NCBI RefSeq assembly: GCF_001194135.2
Contig: NC_068990.1
Coordinates: 86,920,451-86,954,192, forward strand
Direction of reading: 5' to 3'
Length of the DNA stretch: 33,742 bases
Source: Octopus bimaculoides
Taxonomy: Eukaryota
The number at the start of each line of letters is the position of its first letter. Positions within the stretch are counted from its first letter, which is position 1. The notes beneath the pieces are model-generated. The model was not told the DNA's origin. It ran no database searches and was given only the letters and a program-made list of their open reading frames with translations. Below, one piece after another: positions 10,855 to 22,146 of the stretch. A program made the translations under genes and the position numbers.

Positions 10855-11173
10855 ATGGAAACTCACAACTTATTTTGCTGGGTATGATGGAAAGTGTCAG
10901 CTGTCCACAGCCAGCAGACTAAGGTGACACTTGTTTACTGGTCATGCTTCAAGAACCCTGCAAGAAATTCTTCCAGTTCCAAGCGATGCTGATTTTTGTA
11001 GGTGATCTTCCTTCACACTTGCACCAGTCTTTTTCAGCCATGTTGGTAGCTGAGTGCTGATATTTTCAAGTGCACCAATTATTATTGGTATCACGTCTAC
11101 TCTCTTCATTGACCAAATCTTCGTATTTCCTACTTCAAATCGTCATAATTGTTTATTTCTTCCTTTTATTTTA

Positions 11174-11174
<1 letters not shown>
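10855..11174 (-). mobile_element. R4/Dong-like retrotransposon 3' end, copy D (distinct subfamily)
   Basis: KEEINNYDDLK*EIRR / frameshift / WSMKRVDVIPIIIGALENISTQLPTWLKKTGASVKEDHLQKSASLGTGRISCRVLEA* (11115-10942). (TAA)n lies on both sides. Confidence 0.8.
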
Positions 11175-11231
<57 letters not shown>

Positions 11232-11235
<4 letters not shown>

Positions 11236-11560
11236 TTGGCATAATTTCACAAGATGCCAATGCTCGGACACTGAACATCTTAGACAAATTGACTGGTGAT
11301 ACAATATTTCTCGTAGATTCTATCTTGAATCGCCAATGCCCCACCACCTCAAGCACTGCCAGGCCAGCAACATCTGTACGTTCTCAACAGTCTCTACTGA
11401 ATATTTTCCATACAAGGCTGTTGCACTGATCTCTGTCTCTGTGAATGTCGTTGCTGTTGTCCACTTCAAGCTTTCTACGGAATGTAAGGATTTGCCGACC
11501 TATGTCAGCGTTGCCCGACTGATAGAGAACTTTGAGCTCCAAATATCTTAGTTTTCGGTT
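11232..11560 (-). mobile_element. Possible internal R4-like fragment (post-RT region)
   Basis: TALYGKYSVETVENVQMLLAWQCLRWWGI followed, after a frame change, by LAIQD. This resembles my recollection of LHGKY...SWQWL..G...AAQDQ in R4-type ORFs. Confidence 0.35.
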
Positions 11561-12230
11561 GACCCAGCACTGCAGCTCGATGACAGAAACGAATTTGAAA
11601 GAAAAAAAATACCTACAAACTGCAAAAACACCTCATCTTCTGAGAATTTCTGCATAGGCAACAGATTAAGCACTTAGCTGTGCTTCATCAGTTCGATCAT
11701 ACTAATCGCTTCACGGAGAGGGTGTTGACAGAGGATAGATCTGCTGATAAATATAAGGTTATAATGACTTTGTTTCGTAAAAAGAGAAAGAAGAAAACCT
11801 TCAACAACGCTATATAAAGGATGCTTTTCAAAATTCAGAAGGGCCATCTGCAAAAACATAGTAATAATTGTTGCCGCTCTCTTTGCATGTTAGTTAATCT
11901 CGCGTTTGAAACCCTCTCTTACATGAATTATAAAATATTCTTTCATTTAAACGTAGATTATCTGACTAACAGTTATGCAAAAGCACTTTATAAAATGTTG
12001 ATTTTATGCTAATATTTTTTTATGTGGCTGCTTCTGTTATTATCGTGTACATGGCCTTCTGAAAGTGATCTTTTTTTTATCTTCCATTCTTCTGTTTATC
12101 AGTTTAAATGCATGGAAGTAAAACAGATAATCGATGAAGCGCACTTTGTATTATTCAAGTAATAAAGTCACCAGTAATCATTTTCTGGAATATTCTTTTC
12201 TGATTAGAACTGTAAATTTATATTGTTTAT

Positions 12231-12469
12231 CCTCCTCCCCTCCTCCTCCTCCTTATCATCATCCTCATCATCATTATCATCTTCATCAGTAGCAGAAACA
12301 GTAGTAGCAATAACAGCAGCAGCGATACTACTACCAGTAGTAGTCGTGGTGGTGGTGGTGGTGGTGGTGGTAGTAATAGTAGTAGTATCTCTGCCTTATT
12401 ATTACTATTATTATATCATCATAATTATTAGTAGTAGTAGTAGTAACAGCGGCAGCAGCGGCAGCAGCG

Positions 12470-12553
<84 letters not shown>
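12231..12553. repeat. Compound trinucleotide satellite (CCT, ATC, AGC, GGT, ATT, AGT)
   Basis: Direct inspection. It explains the 209-aa ORF at 12223-12852. Confidence 0.95.
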
Positions 12554-12560
12554 TCATCGT

Positions 12561-12702
12561 CATTGTTTTATTCAACTATATTGCATATCTTCATTTCGTA
12601 GGCGGATATTGCTTCGTTATCGTTGTTTTATTTTTTTCCTTTGTTTTTAGTGTTAGGGTAGACATGCTTTCCTTCCAAATGGCCACTAAATTCGTGATTG
12701 TG
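12561..12702 (+). repeat. 142-bp direct repeat, copy 1
   Basis: Colinear with 14374-14515 at roughly 90% identity by hand count. Confidence 0.9.
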
Positions 12703-14373
12703 AGAGACTTTTTCCATAATCGTGGCAGCCGCCTTCTTTACTCTGAATATGGGAAATTTAAAACGAAACCAAATTTATATGTAAGCAACAGCTATAATGA
12801 GAAATCTATAATTAGCAACACGTATAAAACAGTAATACTACCATTTATTTAATATTCATACCAACATGAATTTTACCGTAGCATACAGGAATAACTCACA
12901 CCAATGGTTACGTATATTTTACAATACCATTAAATGTGTATTTCATAGCACCACAAACTTATATTTGGTAATAAAACCTACACATATTTCATATTGACAC
13001 CAATACATACTATATATTTCATCATGTGATCGGCTTGAAAAATTACTAAACTATTTTTTCTTAACATGAAACCAGTGGTAACCTTCACACATATATATAA
13101 TGTTTATAAACGAAGCAGAAAGGCTTTGTGAATTACGGAGAGAACGGAGCCGTGTAAGCGTTGAGTTGTGGGCTCGATTCTGCTTGGAATTAGCTCATTA
13201 ACTTTCGATCATTTGTTTGTATTTAAAAATTGTCGCTCCAAACTGGAGAATAAATTATTATTATGATATATTCTTATAGAGTCATAAATATATATGTGTG
13301 TCTGTGTGTGTATGTATATATATGTATATATATGTACATATATATGTATATATATATATGTATGTATACATACACACACACGCACACACACATATATATA
13401 TACATACATTGACCCCAGTATATATTTAGCCTTAGTACTCACAGATATTTGATAATATCTATATTTATTTTACTATAACACCAATATTTAACAGTAATGC
13501 CAATATACTTTTCATGGTAACATCACAACAATTCAAACATCTTGAATTATGCCAGAGGAATAGAGGCACTCTGCTAGTTTGATAATGTGGACAATGAACC
13601 AGCTAATTTCAATTTTGAAAAACAAATAAAAAGCTCCTGTAAAAACGGAATATGATTACGCAATCCATAATTGGAAACGGTAATAAATTTATCAATGAAA
13701 GCGAGATATTGATAAATACGATTGCAAAATAGACTAGCAGACGCAGAAAAGCTTTAAATTGACCATTGTAAAGCAATAATATGACTATGATAAAAAAAAA
13801 TTACAATTTAAAAGAACAATAGCCAAGTCGAAAACATAACAGAGCAACCAACGAATTGGCAATTGAACTGATGTCAGCCATAAACTCATCCTAATAAAAC
13901 CTTTAGAAGCCGGCCAGTAAAAACGATAGTCATACGAATATATAGACTACATGACCGATCGAATAAACACATAACCAACCCGAAATACCGTACAAAATAT
14001 TGTACCTATTTATCACAAGTAATTTGCGGGGAGAATATATGGCCATTATAAAATATACGTACATATGACACTAAAAAAATTAACGCGGAGATACTTATGG
14101 AATATACTATAGTCGTTTGTTTAATTTCGTGACTGCTAAATGTGTATTTATGTAAATGGTGTTAGTTCATTGGAGTTAGGATTAAAGAAATTATTTATCT
14201 CTTAAAATCGTGGAGTGTGGGCGTACCAAAGAGGTTTCGACGGCATGTAGTGTTGTATTACCGTTTGGTATTTCAACTGTTTCTCTATACTAAATTTTTA
14301 TCATCCCCCCCACAACATTCTAACCGAACCATTTTATCTTTATCATATAATACACACCCTATTTTCCAGACAT

Positions 14374-14515
14374 CATTGTTTTCTGCAACTGTATTGCATA
14401 TCTTCATTTCGTAGGCGGATATTGTTTCGTTATCGTTGTTGTTATTTTTTCATTTGTTTCTAGTGTTAAGGTAGACATGCTCTTCTTCCAAATGGCCGCT
14501 AAAATCGTGATTGTG
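14374..14515 (+). repeat. 142-bp direct repeat, copy 2
   Basis: See 12561-12702. Confidence 0.9.
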
Positions 14516-14592
14516 GGAGTTGTGTTTGTTTGTTTGTTTGTCCGTGGATTCAGATGAAACTTTCAGTGATGTTTGGCCTCGTTACTGGCCTC

Positions 14593-14594
<2 letters not shown>

Positions 14595-14650
<56 letters not shown>

Positions 14651-14658
14651 TAATAATA
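14595..14658. repeat. (AAT)n microsatellite
   Basis: Direct inspection. Confidence 0.95.
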
Positions 14659-14711
14659 CAATCATCGAAAAATACCTTGGGAATGAGAACCCAGGTTCGA
14701 AAATTCCCCAA

Positions 14712-14757
14712 GACACCTGACGAATGCTGGAGGGTATATCAGCCGAAACGTTGTGTT
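14712..14757 (+). ncRNA. Minimal type-I hammerhead ribozyme motif
   Basis: GACAC-CUGACGA-A-UGCUG-GAGGGUAUAU-CAGCC-GAA-ACGU-U-GUGUU. Stem I has 5 bp (one GU), stem II has 4 bp plus a U.C mismatch at 10.1/11.1, and stem III is the palindrome ACGU. Confidence 0.7.
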
Positions 14758-15320
14758 AACAACAAACAAGATGAGGACAAATATCCACCATCTCTTAAAT
14801 ATAGAACTGTATTGCCTTTCTACTGTTTACTTCCTCTCATTTTTTTGTCTTTTTTGGTATTAAACTATCGAGAAAACCATATTCCTTGATATGTCCTATT
14901 TGAGCATCGTTTAGTGTGATGGTGTTCATCTTAAGTTACAGAAACGAGTACCTCTCCCCATTTATGAAGGTTGTGCCGTTATCTTATCTAGTATCCATGG
15001 ATAGGTTATCGGTGAATGCCTGATTTTAACTTCTTTTGTTTTAGTACTCTCATAACAAAATGATGGAAACCAGTGAAATGTTTGGGGATAGGATGCGACT
15101 TTCTTTCAGACATATGCGTACTGAGGGTCAATCCGGCAGCTGACCATATTTCACTCAATTCTGTTGTATAGGGATGCAGTAGATCGCATTATTTTGGATT
15201 GTATACCTATTGCTGTCATGAAATGTCCTCCACAGAACCTTTCACGTAATTGTCGGAAAAAGTTTACACACGACAAAACTAAAATGTCAGGATACTTCAT
15301 GCTTATTTATTTATAGTTAT

Positions 15321-15483
15321 TGTTGTGTCGACGCACCGGGCGAAGAAGTAGGATCTCCCAAGACATATAAACAGAGGTAGTCTGGCCGTGGTAGCAGTTG
15401 AGTAGCAGTCGAGTAGCAGTTGTGTAACGGTTGAGTAGAGATCATCCGAAGATGCTAGATCACAGTAGCGTTGAGACATAACA
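15321..15483 (+). mobile_element. Solo LTR (short) with 5-bp target-site duplication
   Basis: Starts TGTTGTGTC and ends GACATAACA (8/9 inverted match, TG...CA). It is flanked by GTTAT at 15316-15320 and 15484-15488, has TATAAA at 15366-15371, and carries an internal GAGTAGCAGT-type tandem. Confidence 0.75.
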
Positions 15484-15558
15484 GTTATATATTGTTATTT
15501 TTTATTATTTTTATTTTTTATTTATTTTCTTGTTTTTTTTTCATTTATGGCCCCGAAT

Positions 15559-15772
15559 ATAATCATTCCTACAATAGGCACAATGCCTGAAATTTTCGTA
15601 GGAAGGGGCGAGTCGATTACATCGACCACAGTGCTCAACAGGTACTTATTTTATTGACTACAAAAGGACCAGAGGCAAAGCTAACATCGGCTGCATTTGA
15701 ACTGAGTATGTAAAGACAGACGAAATGATGCCGAGCAGTTTGTCCGACGTGCTAACCATTCCCCCAGCTCGC
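15559..15772 (-). mobile_element. tRNA-derived SINE, family 2, diverged
   Basis: The reverse complement aligns with 24808-25027 (GCGAGCTGG..GAA..GTTAGCACG...TTTCGTCTGTCTTTAC....AGTTCAAAT...GCCT....CCTTT....GTC.ATAAA.TAAGTACC.GTTG.G.ACTG.GGTCGAT.TAATCGACT). Confidence 0.8.
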
Positions 15773-16211
15773 AATCTTCCGTCATTTTTCGGTTTTTCGC
15801 TTTACATTTTGTCCAGAATTGTACAGGTGATATTCTCAGTAATGTTAAGAGATTAATAGATCTGTACTTCGCGAGATTTCGCTTGTCATCCTTTTCATAT
15901 ATCTGTGATATCAACGTACAGATCCTGTTTTATGGAATATTTTCTGTTTTCCACACTCTATTGAGTATGAAGTGTAACATATTAAACCAAACTCCTCTTT
16001 TAAGTACTTCAACGATGATAACATCTTTACCGGGGGCTTGATGGATTTTTGTTTCTTCTTTTGATTGTTTTTCCTCTTCATCTGCTTATTCTTTTATTTC
16101 TTGCTTTCTGCTATTTCTGTTTGAGTTGATGCATCAGATAGGCCATTCGCAATTTTTGTTTCCAGACTATGAGGGAATTTTACACACATACATACTCCCT
16201 CTCCTCTCTCC

Positions 16212-16267
<56 letters not shown>

Positions 16268-16553
16268 TGCACATATACACACATATATTTACATGTATCC
16301 ATACATGTGTGTGTGTTTGTGTAGAGTGATGTAGGGATCATGACATACAACGCTGTTTTTAGTTTTATGTGTTCAATTATATTTCAACACTTGCAAATGT
16401 AAAGAGCAAATGAGTTATTATTCCAATATTCTTAGTGCAATAGTTCCTATCCTCCACTATTTTGAACACAGAGTATATATGAAAAATAAGCGTAGAGATA
16501 AATTTTTACGTAAAAGCATATCTATCTATCTATCTAGTAAGTTTCAGTGTTCG

Positions 16554-16602
<49 letters not shown>

Positions 16603-16760
16603 TTTATAAATATACAAACGAAATATATTTGCATTTCATTTTTGTATTTGTTTTGCAAGATTCATTATATGAATTCGTGTGTTGAAGCATATTTTATTGT
16701 GTCTGGGGAGAATCATTCTCTTTTAGTGCCTTATTAATTTAACACACTCGCCGATTTCCA

Positions 16761-16832
16761 CTCATTTACTTATTTATTTTCACTACGAACTATATGAGGT
16801 TTTAGCCTGATGAAAATAAATAAGTAAATGAG
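16761..16832. repeat. Perfect 22-bp inverted repeat with 28-nt spacer
   Basis: CTCATTTACTTATTTATTTTCA (16761-16782) and TGAAAATAAATAAGTAAATGAG (16811-16832). Confidence 0.9.
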
Positions 16833-17564
16833 AAAATGAATAAGTAAATACATAAACCAGTGTATATAACATAATGCGTATACAAATGTGGAATAGCACT
16901 AACTGTAATATTTTGTCTCAGGAAAAACCATTTCATGTAGACTAGTCTATTAATAAAAAAAAACAGAGATGTATTATTCAGATAAGCAATTGAATATCTT
17001 ACGGTCTACAAGGTTTTCACAACTATCTCATTGCAAGTTTTCAAAGCTTAAGTACCGTGGCTTCTTTAATATGGAAAATTTAAATTTTCTATGGATTACC
17101 ATGAAAGTAATTGCAAAGTCTGTATTATGTTACGTTAGTGTTTACATGTATAATGTTTGGACCATTAAATACCTTGCTAGAAATCAATATAAAGCCACAG
17201 TGTTTTATAAAGAGACAGTGATACATAAACAGAGATTAATAGGTAGGTTATTGTTTATATACTTAGCGTATCGATAATTAAATACCTACGTAAATAGAAA
17301 TAGTTGGCGACATTGACAGATAAACAGACAGGCAGATTAATTTGAAAGTTAGTGTTTGCATATTTAATATAAGCATAATTAGAAATAACCCAGAGATAGA
17401 GATAATTGAATAGACAGATTAATAAGCGAGTTAGTATTTAATATATTTTTAATTTTGAAGCATTGAAACTTAAGTAGAAAACATTATAAGGTCAAACTAA
17501 AACATAGTCAGCCGACGCTAATGCTCCTTAGCTTACTTTGGGGCCTCAGTTCTTAATGCTCTCG

Positions 17565-17680
17565 TAAGGCATTGGTGGGCTCGAGACTATATGAAAATAC
17601 TTATATGCTGCTCAGTAGGACTGATCCCCACACCATATTGGATGCAAAGTGAATTTTGAGTCGCGGAGCCATGTCTACGC
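17565..17680 (-). mobile_element. Highly diverged SINE family 1 fragment
   Basis: AAGGCATTGGTGGGCTCGAGACTATATGAAAATACTT...CAGTAGGACTGATCCCCACACCAT aligns loosely with 1962-2040. Confidence 0.55.
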
Positions 17681-17990
17681 TTAGCCATATGGGCAAACAA
17701 CAATGTTTACCAGCTAGTAAACAATGCTTACTAGCCAGATATGAATTGGACTGCATTTAGGGATTAGATAATGATAGACATGTCAATGTAAAAGAATGAT
17801 TGAAATAGTATCGTCCTCCAACCTGCATGAAGTATTAGACATAAAATATTTAAGTTAGAGTTAATATTGTTAATGTATGGAACTTGAAATTTCTAAGTAG
17901 AAATAAAAGATAAACGGAGGAGACAAATCAGAAAGTGTTAATATATCTAATATTTAAAGAATTAAATTCTTAGATAGAAATATGTGATAA

Positions 17991-17991
17991 A

Positions 17992-18070
<79 letters not shown>
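17991..18070. repeat. (TAGA)n microsatellite
   Basis: Direct inspection. Confidence 0.95.
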
Positions 18071-18071
<1 letters not shown>

Positions 18072-18401
18072 ACTGACAGATTCATATGTGCGTTAATGGT
18101 TGCATATTTAATGTATAAGGGTTTACAAATGCAAGTAAAAATAAATTCTGAGAATAATAAATAAGCTGATAGATAGATATGTATGTTAGTCTTAACATAA
18201 TGCATGGAGTATTGCACATATAAGTAGAAATAGGTGAAGTTTGGTGAAATAAACATTACAGAATTTTTGTGCTCATTAAATGATTGCAAGCACTTCTCTT
18301 GGTGGTGACAAACTCTATCGTCATATTGGAAAGCTTTGCTATCATCATCTGTCGTCTCAGGATCACAAGCATTTGACCTCTTAGCCGGTATGCTTCATGG
18401 T

Positions 18402-18455
18402 ATGGTAGTGAGCACTGAAATGGTAGTGAGCACTGAAATGGTAGTGAACACTGAA
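18402..18455 (+). repeat. 18-bp tandem repeat x3 (ATGGTAGTGAGCACTGAA)
   Basis: Units at 18402, 18420 and 18438, with one substitution and no spacers. Confidence 0.95.
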
Positions 18456-18459
18456 ATAA

Positions 18460-18595
18460 TTCCAGTTGAATAATGGGGTCAATGTAATCCACTTACCACA
18501 TCTCCCCCAATATTTTAGGTTTTGTGGCTAGAGTAAAAAGGATAATTTTACTAAATCTTAAGGCAGCGAACTGGAACAATCGTTAGAGCGTTGCA
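18460..18595 (+). mobile_element. SINE family 2 fragments: a 3' portion followed by a truncated head
   Basis: CCAGTTGAATAATGGGGTCAATGTAATCCACTTAC matches 24944-24978; AAGGCAGCGAACTGGAACAATCGTTAG matches 24808-24834. Confidence 0.55.
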
Positions 18596-18759
18596 GTGAC
18601 TCCCTACGTTCTGGTTGTGTCGGTGACAGCTGGGTAGGGATCATGGTAGGTAGAGTTAGTAGAGTTTGCACTAGCAACACGTCCACCAGCACACTGATAC
18701 CATTGGTAATGTTTATAATTTAGCTTTGACCGGAACATAAGCTCAGAAAACCAGCATAC

Positions 18760-18972
18760 ATTATGCACACACATACGCACACACACGCGCGCGCGCGCAT
18801 TCACACACACCTATACATTCATCTAAAACGATGCCTATATTAATGAACCAATATACATAGAACGTAAGAAATACAGCATCACATATATTCAAAGTGTCTC
18901 AACCTCCATACACATATATACATACAGAGACGTATAACATACGTAACGAACGATACAGTCATACATACATAT

Positions 18973-19022
<50 letters not shown>

Positions 19023-19970
19023 AAAACGTACACAACTACCGTTACACACATACATGATCTCCGATACAATCTCACACACATACACAGTATACTATGAACG
19101 CATATACACACATACTGCCGCATGCAATAAACAGGCATATTGTAATAAGCACACATATACGCACACGCGCACACACACACACAGACACGTGGTCACACGT
19201 ACATGTACACACCGTAATACGCACATGCCTGTATACACACGCACATTCTGTCCCACACACTCACTCACACACAGACACATACAACGACACACATAGCACA
19301 CACACTTCTACACACTGTCACACACGTACATACTGAGATTTCAAACACACACACACACACACACACACATTAATAGCAACACATAAACACACACACAGTT
19401 ATAAAGAGTAACACAGGTCTACTTGCTCAGGGCTGACCTGAAGCTTAACAATAACCACAACATATATATCCACACGCATACAACGCAACAGATAGGCACA
19501 TACATACAGAGCTTCACACGCATACACACATACACGAAGTCTCCTNNNNNNNNNNNNNNNNNNNNNNNNNNNNNNNNNNNNNNNNNNNNNNNNNNNNNNN
19601 NNNNNNNNNNNNNNNNNNNNNNNNNNNNNNNNNNNNNNNNNNNNNNNNNNNNNNNNNNNNNNNNNNNNNNNNNNNNNNNNNNNNNNNNNNNNNNNNNNNN
19701 NNNNNNNNNNNNNNNNNNNNNNNNNNNNNNNNNNNNNNNNNNNNNNNNNNNNNNNNNNNNNNNNNNNNNNNNNNNNNNNNNNNNNNNNNNNNNNNNNNNN
19801 NNNNNNNNNNNNNNNNNNNNNNNNNNNNNNNNNNNNNNNNNNNNNNNNNNNNNNNNNNNNNNNNNNNNNNNNNNNNNNNNNNNNNNNNNNNNNNNNNNNN
19901 NNNNNNNNNNNNNNNNNNNNNNNATTTATACGCGTGTGTGTGTATATATATTTATATTCGTGTGTGGGTA

Positions 19971-20017
<47 letters not shown>

Positions 20018-20019
20018 AT

Positions 20020-20052
<33 letters not shown>

Positions 20053-20267
20053 CCTATAAATATATATATATATGCACACACAGATGTGAATAAATGCATA
20101 AGTGCATGTATATGCATACACACACATGTATACATACATGCAAGAATACATATGCATAGGAACACACGTAAATACACACATATACATACATACGTACATA
20201 CATACATACATACATACATACATNNNNNNNNNNNNNNNNNNNNNNNNNNNNNNNNNNNNNNNNNNNN

Positions 20268-20318
<51 letters not shown>
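18760..20318. repeat. Degenerate (CA)/(TA)/(TACA)/(GA) low-complexity block with gaps
   Basis: Direct inspection. All overlapping ORFs are dinucleotide-repeat translations. Confidence 0.9.
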
Positions 20319-20323
<5 letters not shown>

Positions 20324-21107
20324 GTTGCGAAATAGAATCAAACAGACTGACTGGAAGATGAAGAATGAGAGAAAGCGAGAGAAGCTAAGGCGAAAGGAGG
20401 AGGAGGAGAATTATAAACTAGAGAGGTAGATAAGGCAACTGTTAAAGTCTGTTGGTATAACATTGGGAAGTGTAAACAGGTAGATTTTTCGTCTTGGAGC
20501 AGCTCATCAGAAAATAACGGATATATGATATGTGGCGCACGTAATTGTAGATAAGCGGAAATAAAGACTCGTGTATGTGGGTTTGTGCGTGTGTACGTGC
20601 CTCTGTGTGTGTGTGTGCTTGTGAGCGCGCACGTACCTGCTACCTGTGTGTGTGTGTCTGTGTGTGCGTACCTCTGTGCGCGTGTCTGTGTGTTCCTGCT
20701 TGTTAGTATGCTTGTTTCTACATATAAATCTTTATCGAGTTTTTTATATACATATANNNNNNNNNNNNNNNNNNNNNNNNNNNNNNNNNNNNNNNNNNNN
20801 NNNNNNNNNNNNNNNNNNNNNNNNNNNNNNNNNNNNNNNNNNNNNNNNNNNNTATATATATATATATATATATATGCATGTATGTATAAGACTTTAAGTC
20901 GCATGCAGCCGAATCAAACTGTTATTAGAAATATACACACAGATACACCCACCAACCCACATATATATAAATATTGAGAGAGCGAGAGAGAGAGACAGCG
21001 AGAGAGAGAGTGAGAGAGAGAGACTCACATATATATACATGCATAAATACATACATACATACATTAATATAGAGTCACAGGAAAAGAAAGAAGGGAGAAA
21101 TGGAATC

Positions 21108-21154
<47 letters not shown>

Positions 21155-21332
21155 TAGACAGATAGATAGTGGAAGGGGAGGGAGGAAGAGGGAAAGGAAG
21201 GGGAGAAAAAGAGAAACGCACGCTTGTATACACATATATTTACATCCTTCTTTTCACCTGTCTGTGGTTGCATACAGTATATTTGTATGCCTATGTGAAG
21301 TGTATGTACATATATATATATATATATATATA

Positions 21333-22007
21333 CAGGGGTTGGACAAAATAATAGAAACACCTAGCATCATAGCATAATAATTTATTTTTGAATATCTAGA
21401 AAACCGTCAAAAGCTTGTTTATTTTTGTTTTATCATTAGTGTTGCTTAATATTGCTGTTTCTTTTCAGACATCATCAGAAAAAGGTAATTAAAATTCATT
21501 AAAATGACAGATCTATCGGACTTTCAGAGAGGTCAAATTGTTGGTGCTCGTACGGCAGGCGCTAGCGTAACGAAAACAGCCGAAATGTTTGGTGCATCAA
21601 GAAGTACTGTCTCGAAAGTAATGACAGCCTTTGAAAAAGAAGCAAAAACGTCCACGTCGAAACAAAACTCCGGAAGAAAACCAAAACTTTCAGATACGGA
21701 CCGTCGGACTGTTACGCGAATTGTTAGAAATGATGACAAATGTGCAGCTACCAAAATTACTGCAGAGCTTAATGACCACCTCGATAACCCAGTTTCCACA
21801 AAAACTGTTTGCTGGGAGCTGCACAAAGCCGGGTCTCACGGCAGGGCTGCAATCAGAAAACCAGTTCTTTCAAAAGCAAACGTTGCAAAACGTTTACAGT
21901 GGAGTAGAAACCTACACAGTTGGTCCCTAGAACAGTGGAAGAATGTTATTTTCTCGGACGAGTCATCCTTTACCTTATTTCCGACCACCGGCCGAGTATA
22001 CTTGTGG
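21333..22007 (+). mobile_element. Tc1-family DNA transposon, left TIR plus 5' part, truncated
   Basis: After a (TA)n run: TA|CAGGGGTTGGACAAAATAATAGAAACAC, a Tc1-like terminus at a TA target. The transposase ORF follows at 21504. No right TIR found. Confidence 0.9.
21504..22007 (+). pseudogene. Tc1 transposase N-terminal 168 aa (bipartite HTH, GRKPK linker, first catalytic Asp), C-terminally truncated
   Basis: MTDLSDFQRGQIVGAR...SRSTVSK...SGRKPKLS...ITAEL...VSTKTV..ELHKAG.HGRAAIRKP.LS..N..KRL.W....WKNVIFSDES (D152 at 21957-21959). Homology ends at GRVYLW and the frame then runs into TA/TACA repeats to the stop at 22160. Confidence 0.92.
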
Positions 22008-22113
22008 ATGTTATGTAAATATGAATATATATTTTTATGCACATATACATATTCTTATATATGTATATATATATACAGACCTAACTACCTACATACATAT
22101 ATACATACATACA

Positions 22114-22146
<33 letters not shown>

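Noticed and set aside
11665-11697. Minus-strand CUGAUGA-A-GCAC-AGCUAA-GUGC with a perfect stem II
   Set aside because: It is followed by UUAA rather than GAAA and has no stem I or III, so it is only a half match.
12223-12852. 209-aa ORF
   Set aside because: Mostly compound microsatellite plus the 142-bp repeat, with no domain.
18402-18455. Repeat array as CRISPR
   Set aside because: There are no spacers, the context is eukaryotic, and no cas genes are present.
20478-20520. Minus-strand CUGAUGA-G...C-GAAA with correct spacing
   Set aside because: The core matches, but stem II pairs only at its closing base pair and no stem I or III is found in type I or type III topology.
21455-21490. CUGAUGA...GAAA (minus) and a 16-nt AG...GTAATT mini-exon (plus) in the Tc1 leader
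   Set aside because: The ribozyme stems do not pair, and the splice signals are unsupported without transcript data.
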